61,854 nucleotides of DNA. Origin: Candidatus Omnitrophota bacterium (GTDB lineage: Bacteria > Omnitrophota > Gorgyraeia > Aquiviventales > Aquiviventaceae). Position numbers and translations under genes: made by a program. Below the pieces are notes generated by a model, which was given only the letters and a program-made list of their open reading frames with translations, was not told the origin of the DNA and made no database searches. Of this stretch, positions 1-9,959 are shown in pieces. The number at the start of each line of letters is the position of its first letter. Position 1 is the first letter of the stretch. The stretch spans positions 1 through 61,854 of the forward strand of contig JAHFGV010000011.1 in NCBI GenBank assembly GCA_023247255.1. Direction: 5' to 3'.

Positions 1-99
1 ACCGTCCGGATTGTGCGCAAGCTGTTGGCTCATGCCATGTGCGTCCTGCTCAATCTCCGTCTGGGTCGAGATCCGTTGAAACTCAAGGGACTTGTAGCC
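1..99 (+). mobile_element. 3' end of a transposase-like ORF (IS982-family-like C-terminal helix), truncated by the window edge
   Basis: Frame 1 reads TVRIVRKLLAHAMCVLLNLRLGRDPLKLKGLVA*. This resembles, from memory, the conserved C-terminal amphipathic helix and tail of IS982-type transposases. Only 33 codons are visible and no terminal repeat was identified. Confidence 0.3.
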
Positions 100-218
100 T
101 GAAACTCGCACACGGCGTTAGTTGATAAGGATATCTGTCATGGCGAAGGAGAGCCTCTCTACTGCCAGCATCTGCTTCCAGAACCCTGAATCCCTATCTC
201 TGGAAACTGAGTTCCAGC

Positions 219-3164
219 CTATTCGGCCCGGAAGGCAGCAGGGCAAATAGACTGGAAGGCACACCAACGACAGGTCTGCTCTTGAGGCCTAGGGGAAAAA
301 ACGCCTGCCAGAATTCCTTCTGCAGTTTCCCGGAGGAGTTCCTTGGCGCGCTCGATATCCTCTTCTGTAAAATGCGTTTGCCCTATAACACCACTCTCCA
401 GAAAGCGAAGTTCCACCCGGGTGGGTAACTGGCCATGAAGGATGCGCCAGCCCAAGGCATAGATTAATAACTGAATCGATTCTCTGGTGCGACGGTCTGC
501 GTCCGTTTGCTGCCGCACATCAGAAGATTTATAGTCAACGATCACTACTTCATCTGCTTTTCGATCCACGCGATCCCAGCGCCCTACCACCAAAAGCTTT
601 CCCAGTAGAAAACGAAATTTCTCTTCGATCAACGTGGGATACTCAGGCATGGCCTGTTGGCTGGCATAGAAACGCTGCAATATCTGCTTGCCCTGGGCAA
701 GTCGCAGATCCTCGTGCTGGCGTGTCAGAAAACCTTCCGAGCTCCAAGAGGCCTCAAAAACCCGAAGGAGTTCGATCGCATCCATCGCACTACCCTTAAG
801 TCTCTGTTTAAAAAATTCCTCGATGGCTTTGTGTAGGGCTCCTCCGTAAATCACTAGATGGTGACGCATGACGGGAATCCTCAGAATATGACTGTACCGG
901 TACTTCAACGGGCAGGTCAGGTAATCATCTACCCCATGGGGATCGAGGCGCAGCAACCGAGACCGATCGCTGATGGTGCTGGATGGAGCAAGCGGGCGCA
1001 GGGGTTTTGATCGCTCAATCAACTCCCTTGCCGTTGATTGTTTCGCCGCAGGCACAGGGCTGGCAAGGTTCAAGGCCTCCAGTACAAACTGACTGATCTT
1101 TCGCTTCGTCTTTCCCCCATAATCGTAGGCAGCGGTTAGATAAAGCTGTTCCTTGGCTCGAGTCATCCCCACGTAGAACAGGCGTCTCTCCTCCTGAAGG
1201 TGGTAGTCACCGGTGGGCAGCAGATCCTTGATCAAGGCCTCGGGCAATTCAATCGGATCACGCCGCTTGGGAGTGGGAAAGCGCCCCTGAACCAAACCCA
1301 CAAGGAACACTACAGGAAACTCAAGGCCTTTGGCCTTGTGGATAGTGAGTACCTGGACGGCATCCGTCCACGCATCTTCTTCCTCAAATGGTTCATTGCC
1401 GAGCGCTCGGAACAACTCCAGATGACGCATCAATTCAGGGAGTTGCGTCCCTCCCATTTCCTCGATGCGCCGTAAGTAATCGAAGAATTTAGCCACCGTC
1501 TTCAATGCCCCCGACTCCTCTGAGCGATCGCTCAATCCCAAACGCATGAAAAAACCTCTATCGGCGAGCCATCGGTAAAGAAGCTGGCCGGCAGAAAGTG
1601 TTCTGGCTTCTTCCACTAGACGTTCCACGTCGGCCGTCAATTCAATCAAGAGGCGTTTGCCTTCTTCAGATACGGACGCATCCCACTGCGGGTTTTGGCT
1701 CAACTGGAGAATGGCGGTTCGAAGACTTTGGTTCCTTCGATTGGCCCCAGCCAACAACCGCATAAGATCTTTCATGGGACAGCGGTAGAGTACGGAGCTG
1801 GCCACGTGATACCAACTGAGGCTGTCTTCAGGATCAAAGAGAACTTTCAAACAGGATACTAACAAGCGGCTTTCTTCGCGAAAGAAAAGCCCACTGCTGC
1901 CGCTGAAGTGCCAGGGTATACCCGCCATATTTAACGCACGGAGAAAAGGATCGGCTTCTCGGTTGGAGCGGACCAGAATCGCAAAATCCTGTGGACGCCT
2001 ACCGCTGGACTCGACCGCTTCACGGATGGTCTTCGCCACCCAGTCGGCTTCACTGGATACGGTATCGAACACATAAAGATGCGCGGATTCCTGGGTGGAA
2101 CTGGCGCAAGCGATGAGTCGTTTGTCAACGCCTCGGTGGACTTCCAACCGGTCGGGATCGTTAAAACGGATGAGCCGATACGCAGCGTCTAAGATGGGTT
2201 GGCTTGAGCGGAAATTCTCTGTAAGCACAATGGTCTGAACCATCGGATAGCAGTCCAGGAACTTCAAGATGTTACTCAAAGCCGCCCCACGCCATTGATA
2301 GATCGATTGATCGTCGTCAGCCACGATCGTCAGCTCGGCAGTGGGAGGAACGAGCAATTGAAGCAGCCGAAACTGTGCGTAGTTCGTATCCTGGAACTCA
2401 TCCACCAGGACATAGCGAAACTGCCCACGAACCGTCGCGAGCACATCCGGGTGCTGCTCCAACAACTGAGTGGCCAGAAACACCTGATCCCCAAAATCGA
2501 CGGCGTCGCTTTCGCGCAAAAGTTGTTGATAGCGTGCGTAGCAGTCTGCGAGTTCTTTAAACCGAGTCGCCGGATTTTTGAGGGAGCCCTCCACAGATGC
2601 ATCCGAGAGGGCATCCTCCAGCGTCGGGATATACGCGAGAAACTCCTCGGGACTGACCGTTTCATCTTTGGCACGTCCAAAAACGCCAGCCAACGCTTCC
2701 ACAAACCGCGTGGGATCCTGCAGGGGACGAAACTGATCTACAGGAAGATCGAACAGATGCTGCTTCAAGAAGACCAACTGCTCAGCCTTTGACAGCACCC
2801 GAAACTGTGACGATAACCCTACTCGGAGGGCGTGCTCCCGTAAGAGTTGGTCGCCAAACGCATGAAAGGTGCGAAGGCACACATCCACGTATCCATAGGG
2901 CACCAAGAGATCGACCCGCTCCTCCATTTCCTTGACCGCTTTTTCGGAAAAGGTAAGCGCGAGAATCTCATTAGGCCGGGCTCGTTGCGTAGCCATCAGC
3001 CAAGCAATCCGTCTGGTGATCACGGTCGTTTTTCCTGTTCCAGCCCCTGCAACGACCAAAAGAGGCCCCCCTTCATGGCATATCGCTTGACGTTGAACGG
3101 GGGTCAATCCTTCTAGGAGGGATTCATGGGTCGTGGAAATCGTTGGTGAGAGAATCTCATCCAT
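219..3164 (-). CDS. UvrD/PcrA-type superfamily-1 helicase fused to a C-terminal PD-(D/E)XK (RecB/Cas4-like, Cys-cluster) nuclease; AddA-like
   Basis: Walker A AGAGTGKTT, motif II VDEFQDTN, LTIHKAKGLEFPVVFL, RLFYVGMTRAK. The C-terminus has VDYKS and CRWCAFQSICP, typical of an Fe-S nuclease domain. Confidence 0.85.
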   Translation of the reverse strand: MDEILSPTISTTHESLLEGLTPVQRQAICHEGGPLLVVAGAGTGKTTVITRRIAWLMATQRARPNEILALTFSEKAVKEMEERVDLLVPYGYVDVCLRTFHAFGDQLLREHALRVGLSSQFRVLSKAEQLVFLKQHLFDLPVDQFRPLQDPTRFVEALAGVFGRAKDETVSPEEFLAYIPTLEDALSDASVEGSLKNPATRFKELADCYARYQQLLRESDAVDFGDQVFLATQLLEQHPDVLATVRGQFRYVLVDEFQDTNYAQFRLLQLLVPPTAELTIVADDDQSIYQWRGAALSNILKFLDCYPMVQTIVLTENFRSSQPILDAAYRLIRFNDPDRLEVHRGVDKRLIACASSTQESAHLYVFDTVSSEADWVAKTIREAVESSGRRPQDFAILVRSNREADPFLRALNMAGIPWHFSGSSGLFFREESRLLVSCLKVLFDPEDSLSWYHVASSVLYRCPMKDLMRLLAGANRRNQSLRTAILQLSQNPQWDASVSEEGKRLLIELTADVERLVEEARTLSAGQLLYRWLADRGFFMRLGLSDRSEESGALKTVAKFFDYLRRIEEMGGTQLPELMRHLELFRALGNEPFEEEDAWTDAVQVLTIHKAKGLEFPVVFLVGLVQGRFPTPKRRDPIELPEALIKDLLPTGDYHLQEERRLFYVGMTRAKEQLYLTAAYDYGGKTKRKISQFVLEALNLASPVPAAKQSTARELIERSKPLRPLAPSSTISDRSRLLRLDPHGVDDYLTCPLKYRYSHILRIPVMRHHLVIYGGALHKAIEEFFKQRLKGSAMDAIELLRVFEASWSSEGFLTRQHEDLRLAQGKQILQRFYASQQAMPEYPTLIEEKFRFLLGKLLVVGRWDRVDRKADEVVIVDYKSSDVRQQTDADRRTRESIQLLIYALGWRILHGQLPTRVELRFLESGVIGQTHFTEEDIERAKELLRETAEGILAGVFSPRPQEQTCRWCAFQSICPAAFRAE

Positions 3165-3206
3165 CGTGGTGGGTGAGCTGTTAGCGGCTAGAAAAGAGCG
3201 GTATTT

Positions 3207-3959
3207 TTATTGTACGCCAGCCGGCTGAACGGCCTCAAACGTAAAGGGAAATTCGATAGTGTTTTTCGGAAGGTTGTTCCCTTCGAACGCAGTCTGGATG
3301 TTTGTAATACGAAGGACCAAACTCGATGCCTGAGGGGTAGGATTCCAGAAGGCAATCAACCCATCGTGAACCACTCCCGGATACATATAACCGCTTTGAA
3401 GTGAAGATTGCTTGATCAAGGCAAACCGTCCTTGGGGTTTGGCAGCTAAAACCTTACCCACAGGGAGACTCACTCCAAAATATCCGGGACTTGCTTCCTC
3501 CAATACTCCACGAGTCACCGTTGCGATCGGCTGTCGGTATTCGGCAAACGCAGTCACATAATCCACGCTGATCGTGCTGTATTGGTTGCCCCGATCATCC
3601 ACAAGAACAAATTCTTCCGGCTGGATACGAATCTTGCCAGGATTGCGGTTGGCTATCTTCACATAAAAGACCAAATGTTCGGGGTAATAGGGATTGGACC
3701 CGGAAAACTCCCCAAAAATGGTTTTGTCACCAAAGAATTTTTGGAGATACTCGGCTGGTGCATAGTGAACGGTAACCTCCACTCCTTCCTTAGCAAGAGT
3801 TTGCTCTTGTGGTTTTAGTGTCCAGGAGACGGGGTTGGCTACCGACAGGGCATCATTGATCGGCCCCCGTGCATGACGTTCCAAAAGCAGCGAGCTCCGA
3901 CGAGCGCTGCATCCTGCAGCCATGAGGATTATGACAGCATAAATACCCACTGATCGCAT
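3207..3959 (-). CDS. hypothetical lipoprotein
   Basis: N-terminal signal with lipobox (VIILMAAGC). No recognisable catalytic motifs. Confidence 0.6.
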   Translation of the reverse strand: MRSVGIYAVIILMAAGCSARRSSLLLERHARGPINDALSVANPVSWTLKPQEQTLAKEGVEVTVHYAPAEYLQKFFGDKTIFGEFSGSNPYYPEHLVFYVKIANRNPGKIRIQPEEFVLVDDRGNQYSTISVDYVTAFAEYRQPIATVTRGVLEEASPGYFGVSLPVGKVLAAKPQGRFALIKQSSLQSGYMYPGVVHDGLIAFWNPTPQASSLVLRITNIQTAFEGNNLPKNTIEFPFTFEAVQPAGVQ

Positions 3960-3979
3960 TTTCCCTCCTTAAAAAATTG

Positions 3980-5164
3980 TTAAACACGCTCCGACGGATC
4001 AAAAAGCTTTTGGTACTCCTCAAGACAATAACGATCGGTCATTCCAGCCAGGTAATCGCAAATCACTCGGTGGCGATCTTCTCCACGCTCAATCCGCAAA
4101 CGGGTGGTGTTGGGTAAAAGCTGTGGCTTCTCTAAATAGAGCTCAAACAACGCGCGGAGGCAGCGTTTAGCCTTATCAGCCATGCGCACGACTCGGTAGT
4201 GATGGTAAAACTGATTCCAAAGAAGTTGTTTCAGCGGAGCGCGCAGACGTCCCATCGTCTCACTAAAAGCCACAATCGGCTCTGGAGCCCGACGCACCAA
4301 ATCCACAGAGGCAATCTGAAGCTGCTCCAGCCGCCGAACGGTCGCTTGGATCAAATCCATGAGTTGCAAATGAATCAAGGTGCGAATCATCTGGTACTTA
4401 CGAATCTCGGCGTGCTCAATCGAGCCATGACTCTCCACCACCTGCTGTGCCTGCTGCCACAACGGCAACGCGTTCATATCTTCTTCTTTTAAGATTCCGG
4501 ATGTTAAAGCGTCATCCAGATCATGGTTGTCGTAAGCGATCTCATCGGCCAAATCGACAATCTGGCTTTCCAAAAGCGCAGAGAGATTCGGATCCAACGC
4601 AACCTGCATATCCGGAAAATCGTACGGTGTGCGGTGCTTGTTAATCCCCTCACGGACCTCCCAAGCAAGGTTCAACCCAGGAAAACCAGGATAGCGTACC
4701 TCAAGCACATCCACAATGCGCAGACCTTGCAGGTTGTGGTCAAACCCCCCGTGACCTTGCATCATTTCATGCAGGACATGCTCCCCCGCGTGGCCAAAGG
4801 GAGGATGCCCAATGTCATGGGCCAGTGCGAGCACCTCTACCAGATCTTCATTCACCCGCAGGGCTCGCGCAATCGAACCGGCAATCTGTGAAACCTCCAA
4901 GGCATGTGTCAAGCGAGTGCGGTAATAGTCTCCGGTATGTGTCACAAAAACTTGGGTCTTATACTCGAGCCTTCGGAAAGCGCTGGTATGGATGATCCGG
5001 TCTCGATCCCGACGGTAAACGGTGCGAAAGGCATCCTCCGGCTCCGAATACTGACGCCCCTTTGAGGATCGGCTCTTCATCGCATAGGGCGCCAACCACT
5101 GTTCTTCACGATCCTCGAGCTCTTCTCTAGAAGCAACCACAACGGATAGCGGATGAGGACTCAT
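3980..5164 (-). CDS. dgt: dGTP triphosphohydrolase-like HD-domain protein
   Basis: RTRLTHALEVSQIA, LAHDIGHPPFGH, and DLADEIAYDNHDLDD are typical of the Dgt family. Confidence 0.85.
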   Translation of the reverse strand: MSPHPLSVVVASREELEDREEQWLAPYAMKSRSSKGRQYSEPEDAFRTVYRRDRDRIIHTSAFRRLEYKTQVFVTHTGDYYRTRLTHALEVSQIAGSIARALRVNEDLVEVLALAHDIGHPPFGHAGEHVLHEMMQGHGGFDHNLQGLRIVDVLEVRYPGFPGLNLAWEVREGINKHRTPYDFPDMQVALDPNLSALLESQIVDLADEIAYDNHDLDDALTSGILKEEDMNALPLWQQAQQVVESHGSIEHAEIRKYQMIRTLIHLQLMDLIQATVRRLEQLQIASVDLVRRAPEPIVAFSETMGRLRAPLKQLLWNQFYHHYRVVRMADKAKRCLRALFELYLEKPQLLPNTTRLRIERGEDRHRVICDYLAGMTDRYCLEEYQKLFDPSERV

Positions 5165-5188
5165 CAGTTGGCCTCTGTCTGGTTATTA

Positions 5189-5665
5189 TCATTCAACCAA
5201 TAAACGATACAGTTCGTCAAGTGATTGTGCCATCACCCGGGTGCGCGTAAGAACCGGCATGAAGTTGGTATCCCCGTGCCATCGAGGGACTAAGTGAAGA
5301 TGCAGATGACCGACAACCCCGGCGCCCGCGACTCGTCCCAGATTCATACCGAAGTTGAAGCCCTGAGGGCTCAGGACCCGGGCCAAACGCCGGCTCAGGC
5401 GTTGGCTCAACTGCAAGCACTCCATCCATTCGGCGGGACTCAGAAGAGTCAGTTTTCCAATATGTCGATAAGGGACAATCATCACATGCCCATTATTGTA
5501 TGGATAGCGGTTGAGAATGACAAAAGCGGCAGTACCTCGAACGATGACATAATTCCGGCGATCCTCCTTGGAACGCTTGGCTCGACAGAAAAAGCAGCCA
5601 CGAGTGGGCCCTTGAGCAACGAATTTTATACGCCAAGGGGCCCATAATCGTTTAAAGTCAGACAT
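5189..5665 (-). CDS. HIT-family nucleotide hydrolase/phosphorylase
   Basis: Histidine triad HLHLHLVPR, with NRYPYNNGHVMIVP upstream. Confidence 0.8.
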   Translation of the reverse strand: MSDFKRLWAPWRIKFVAQGPTRGCFFCRAKRSKEDRRNYVIVRGTAAFVILNRYPYNNGHVMIVPYRHIGKLTLLSPAEWMECLQLSQRLSRRLARVLSPQGFNFGMNLGRVAGAGVVGHLHLHLVPRWHGDTNFMPVLTRTRVMAQSLDELYRLLVE

Positions 5666-5740
5666 GATTACAAACCCTGCTTATCCCTCAAGCTTCGGGT
5701 TCCAGGCTCAACATTAGCAGGCTGCGGAAAAACTCCTGTT

Positions 5741-5872
5741 TGCTCAGGGCTGCGGGCTCATTTGAACTACGCTCTGGGCTTGCGGCTCTGGGCTCTGGGC
5801 AATTGCCCGCAACCCTCAACCCTGAACCCTCAGCATCTTTCCATTGAGCCCCGAACCCAGAACCCTGAGCCA
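5741..5872. repeat. imperfect palindrome built from opposed heptamer arrays (GCTCTGG-type x4 / CCCNNAA-type x4) around GCAATTGC
   Basis: 5771-5834 reads gctctgg gcttgcg gctctgg gctctgg gcaattg cccgcaa ccctcaa ccctgaa ccctcag. Outer arms gctcagggctgcgggctc (5741-5758) and gagccccgaacccagaaccctgagcc (5847-5872) are roughly complementary. Confidence 0.6.
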
Positions 5873-5964
5873 AGAGGGGTTTTTCAGCACCCTGCTATTG
5901 AGTCTCGCAAATCAGCATGACAGTGTTTCTCGATGGTGAATCCTGTCATGCAATTGCGCGAACA

Positions 5965-7569
5965 TCAATAGGGTTGCCCGTACAACTCCACAAGGGTGTG
6001 CAGATCCTCAGACTCCCAGACCCAGATGTTTGCATTCTTTGCCAACAGCTTTGCATTCGGATCTAATCCTGATTTGGCAATCACTATCTTCCGAGAAGGC
6101 CGTGGGCTTTGGGTCCGACAGAAAGCTTCAAATCGCATGATCGCATTCTCATCCACAGGACCCTCTTGCACACTGGCGCACCAATGTTTGTCGACAGCCT
6201 CAGCCACCAGGTAAGTCTCTTCAGCTTCAGCCAGGTGAGGACGTTTCATACGGATGGTGTGAAATTTCGGCAGGCGTCCGGTCTTGGAGTCCAGAGACAC
6301 CGTATCATCTCGGAAGTTGGCCAGCAATTGAACGACATGCTCCGAGAATGACCGGCGGCTGTTGTGCAGCCACTGGGTCCAGAGCCCGGATAGATACTGT
6401 TCCAATCGAACGCGAAATTGCCGGTCATCCTGAATACCCCCCTGACGCTGGGAATACAAAACCGTATAGGCCCAGCATCGAAGGATCGGATCTGGAATCA
6501 CCAAACAGGTCCCCTTTCGTTGCACTAAATCATTTTCGATCAGCCATTGAAGAACGCGCGTCAGGCCGGCTCGTCCCACTCGTGTACCCAGTTCAGTGGT
6601 TGTGCGGGCACCCATCGCAATGTGCACCCAAAGTTCCATGGATCGGGCTCCCTGATGACCATACTCAAACATGGCCGTGCGCACTCGACACCACTGATTC
6701 AAATAACCATCCGGAGCCCCTAAAAGATCCCAGGCAGTCTGGAACAACAGGGATTCGCTCGGTGTCCTAGCCTCTACGGATAATAGCGCCAATTCATTGA
6801 GTCGCTTAACGAACGCCGTAAGATACCACGGGAAGGCCCCCAGCCACCTAAATAAAAACGCCGACCAAGCCTCGACACCCGGAACACCCGAAAGCTGCTC
6901 CCGCATCCACGAAACGGCACAGGACTCGTCCAGGGTATTCAAAGTGAGAATCTCAAACTGGCCGAACAGTAAGTGGAGCTTCTCCCTCAAGATCGCTCGT
7001 GACCGAAAGACCGAAGAGCTGGTGAGAATGAAAAGCGTGGATGGCCACGTCATGACTCGCTTGCCTAATTCATGGAACGCATGTGCGATTCCGAGATCTT
7101 CGAGGTAAAGGAATTCATCCAGAATCAATATGCAGGGTTGCCCACGCTCCCGAACCAGTATCGGGATAACGTCCAGCGTACGATTGAATGCCTCAATGGA
7201 AAGCTTTCGCATTAAGCCTTCATTCACCGCTCGGACAGCTGCCACTGTCTTGGGTAAAACAGGATCCGCCCGTTGGATCAACTCCTCCAAGCTTTCCTCA
7301 TTAAAACCCGACGAAACGTTTCCCAACCCTGCCTGAAGGACAGCCTTGAGAAATCGACTCAGAAAAAAGCGGCAGGATTCTTTAAATAACGGACAGTAGA
7401 TCACCATCGGGTGCGTTGCGGATTGGCTGATGAGTGGGTGCAGTTGAAAGGTCTTTCCGCTACCCGCAGGACCGATTAGAGCAAGATTCTGGCGAAATCC
7501 TTCGGCAAAAGCCTGAAGTCGGCGATGCAGATGATCCCTCAGATCAGGACGTAAATTCGTTTGGCTCAT
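5965..7569 (-). CDS. AAA-type ATPase (archaeal-ATPase/Orc1-like P-loop) with a C-terminal DUF234/restriction-endonuclease-like domain
   Basis: Walker A GPAGSGKT and Walker B ILILDEF. The C-terminal ~90 aa resemble the DUF234/Mrr-like fold by pattern only. Confidence 0.55.
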   Translation of the reverse strand: MSQTNLRPDLRDHLHRRLQAFAEGFRQNLALIGPAGSGKTFQLHPLISQSATHPMVIYCPLFKESCRFFLSRFLKAVLQAGLGNVSSGFNEESLEELIQRADPVLPKTVAAVRAVNEGLMRKLSIEAFNRTLDVIPILVRERGQPCILILDEFLYLEDLGIAHAFHELGKRVMTWPSTLFILTSSSVFRSRAILREKLHLLFGQFEILTLNTLDESCAVSWMREQLSGVPGVEAWSAFLFRWLGAFPWYLTAFVKRLNELALLSVEARTPSESLLFQTAWDLLGAPDGYLNQWCRVRTAMFEYGHQGARSMELWVHIAMGARTTTELGTRVGRAGLTRVLQWLIENDLVQRKGTCLVIPDPILRCWAYTVLYSQRQGGIQDDRQFRVRLEQYLSGLWTQWLHNSRRSFSEHVVQLLANFRDDTVSLDSKTGRLPKFHTIRMKRPHLAEAEETYLVAEAVDKHWCASVQEGPVDENAIMRFEAFCRTQSPRPSRKIVIAKSGLDPNAKLLAKNANIWVWESEDLHTLVELYGQPY

Positions 7570-7620
7570 TGAGAATACGAAAGCATAGATGGCTGCTGTT
7601 GTGAACTGCGGCTGAAACCT

Positions 7621-8226
7621 CTACTGTGGCGGTAACAGTGCAAGAGGATCTTGATAATCTTTACCTCGTCGGATTTCAAAGTATAAAAGACCTGACCCTA
7701 GACACCCGAGGGACATACCTTGTTCGACCTCAGCATCTGGGCTCACGAATAGCTGGTCCAGCCCTGCATAAACAGAGAAGGTCCCATCCCTGTGGTCGAT
7801 AACAACCGTTGAACCCCAACCCGATAGCTCATCTGTGGCTAAAGCGATATGTCCTCCTCGGGATGCGCGAATAAAACTTCCGGCCGGAGCCATGACCTCC
7901 AAGCCTTTTGATGGTTGGGATCGATAGCTTCCCCGAACGGGCCAGAGGAAACGATCCGATTCAATGGGTAATGGAATGATCAACGACTGCCCTGTGGAGA
8001 CCTGATGGGGGCTCTTCAAATGATTGGTCACCACAATCTCATCAACGTTGAGTCCGAAGGAATGAGCGATGCTCCAAAGGGTTTCTCCTCGTTGAACTAC
8101 ATGGTAGGATCCCTGAATCGCGGGCATCGTTTGAGGTGCCAAGGATTGTCTAACGAGAGGCATACTGGCACAACCAGTGACGACAACCAACCACAGGCCA
8201 TGAATAGTAAATCGATGAGAAATCAT
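7621..8226 (-). CDS. LysM + degenerate LytM (M23-like) lipoprotein; NlpD/EnvC-type probable amidase activator
   Basis: Lipobox VVTGC and LysM YHVVQRGETLWSIAHSFGL. The M23 scaffold is present, but metal ligands are replaced (GLEV for HxxxD, YAGL for YAHL, LLYFEIR for HLHFE). Confidence 0.75.
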   Translation of the reverse strand: MISHRFTIHGLWLVVVTGCASMPLVRQSLAPQTMPAIQGSYHVVQRGETLWSIAHSFGLNVDEIVVTNHLKSPHQVSTGQSLIIPLPIESDRFLWPVRGSYRSQPSKGLEVMAPAGSFIRASRGGHIALATDELSGWGSTVVIDHRDGTFSVYAGLDQLFVSPDAEVEQGMSLGCLGSGLLYFEIRRGKDYQDPLALLPPQ

Positions 8227-8265
8227 TCCAACTTCTCGATTCTTCGTCCTAATCCGTCGTAGCGA

Positions 8266-9702
8266 TTAGGTAGCTTCTGCGTGCTGTGTGCCATCTGCTA
8301 TGTGCTGGACTCGAATGAACTGATTCTCACCATCGTAGCTGTATCGAGTCTCGTTCCAGATCGATCCAGCGTCTTGGTGTGGAAGCCTCTCGCGTCAAAA
8401 TGAATCTGCGCGCCATTCGGGAGGGTTCTGACGTAGCTGCCATCGAGCTGCTTCTCAAGGCTGAATACCGAAACATCGGACGAAAAAGATTGGCGGTGAC
8501 GATATCGGCCATCGGCCCTGCACGAAACACGCTGGCTGAGCCGTCTCCATCGATAATTACTCAGGAGAGCGGAAAATAGGTTGCATTACCGCCATGCCGA
8601 TTCGACGCTGCACTCAGCGCAAGGGGCAACCTTTCATTCGCTCCGCTCAGTAAAATGGTCCCGTCTGGCTGAAGAAGTTGCCTCTCTAGGCCTTGGAGTC
8701 CCCAGCCGGAGCCAAAAACAGAGTCACGCTGATTCTGAATGATTGCGTATCCTGTTACCTTCGTCGTGAGAGAATTGCTCTCTGCTGTCGGAATGCTCGT
8801 TCCGGAATAAGTTGCCGGATAGTCATTGGAGAGCTCAACGGTGTAAGGATATGCCCCGGTGGGAAAAAGATTGCCTCTGGCATTGCAAGCGTCCCATAAA
8901 AAGGCTTGCCTCAGAGAACCACTCGCTCCAAGAAAACTCGCTTCGATGCGTTTGCCTTCAATTTGAATCACCGCTGAGGTAATCGTCGGAATCGTAGTCG
9001 GCCCTTCGCTTGAGTCTCCGAGTGTGTCTAGAAAATAGTCTATCCCAATCAGAACGGAAGCCTCAGCGCTGAGAGATTTGTACTGGAGTTTCCTTCCACC
9101 AAACATTCCTTGGAAGAATCCACGGAAGTACTCGTGGAACTGACTCTGGATAGATCCAGGGATTTAGCACCGGCAGGAGAAATCGAGCGTATCCATATGC
9201 GTACCCGAAGGGTGACAGGTTCATTGAAGGTGGTGAATCGTGGCTCAAAGTAGACGCCATCTAACGTGACACCAAGACTGCTCGGATCAAACCCGGCGAT
9301 ATCATCCGTAAGCTGGAGTGAGGCTGTAACGGTGTCTGTGTTGAAAAACGCCCCCTCAGCTGGGCTTAACCAAGTAAGCGTCGGGAATATCGAGTCCTCT
9401 CCCACAATCTCTACTGTCAACTGACCTGCGGGCTTTCCCCGTAGCTCGGTAACTACCGTGTTGGAACTCTGGAGATTGACAGGTACCTCCAGAAAGCTGA
9501 CCTTTTAATTGAACTGATCGGGCTGGAGAACTTCAACACCGTTGAGGCTGAGCGTCGCGCTTGAGACCTTCTCGACACTGGTGTCTTTGAGGCTTCCGTT
9601 GACGGCTCTGAGCTTCCAGCTCGTTGCGGGATCGAGAACAGAAAAACTCTCGCTCACACTCTGCGGACTAGAAGTCTCCCGAACATGAGTTCTTTCAAAC
9701 AC
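8266..9702 (-). pseudogene. frameshifted, truncated RHS/YD-repeat protein remnant (N-terminal Ig-like region plus the first YD repeats)
   Basis: Consecutive minus-strand ORF fragments sit in different frames (9505-9702, 9049-9420, 8561-9106). DSVFGSGWGLQGLERQLL is a typical RHS N-core motif. Further fragments DGSYVRTLPNGAQIHFDARGF and NETRYSYDGENQFIRVQ (YD repeats) lie in two other frames below 8560. The remnant ends at TAA 8266-8268, far short of a full RHS protein. Confidence 0.6.
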
Positions 9703-9734
9703 CGTAAATTCAGCCGCAAAACCGGGGGGTATAA

Positions 9735-9959
9735 TTTCCCCACACCCCTTCAGGGTTCGCTTCCCGCTCCATCACGTCAATTAAGCGGGTAGCGGGAATC
9801 GAACCGTCATCCCGCTTACGCGGGACTCCCCGAAGGGAACCCAGCGTTCCCTTCGGCCCTACCCTCCTACAACGTGGGGAAACTATAGTTTCCCCACACC
9901 CCTTCAGGGTTCGCTTCCCGCTCCATCACGTCAATTAAGCGGGTAGCGGGAATCGAACC
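9735..9959. repeat. 154-bp-period direct duplication: 71-nt unit (tRNA-Gly T-arm/3' end plus its downstream self-complementary arm) x2 around an 83-nt hairpin-rich spacer
   Basis: 9735-9805 and 9889-9959 are near-identical. The spacer 9806-9888 contains the hairpins cccgcttacgcggg and ccgaagggaac..gttcccttcgg. Confidence 0.85.

Noticed and set aside
219-7569. Helicase-nuclease + dGTPase + HIT + AAA-ATPase/DUF234 cluster as an anti-phage defence island
   Set aside because: The genes are separated by an unrelated lipoprotein gene. Each belongs to a family that is commonly housekeeping (AddA/PcrA-like repair helicase, Dgt, HIT). There are no hallmark defence partners (methylase, SIR2/TIR, Cas, retron RT). 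The pattern is too weak to claim, though a genome-context survey could revisit it.
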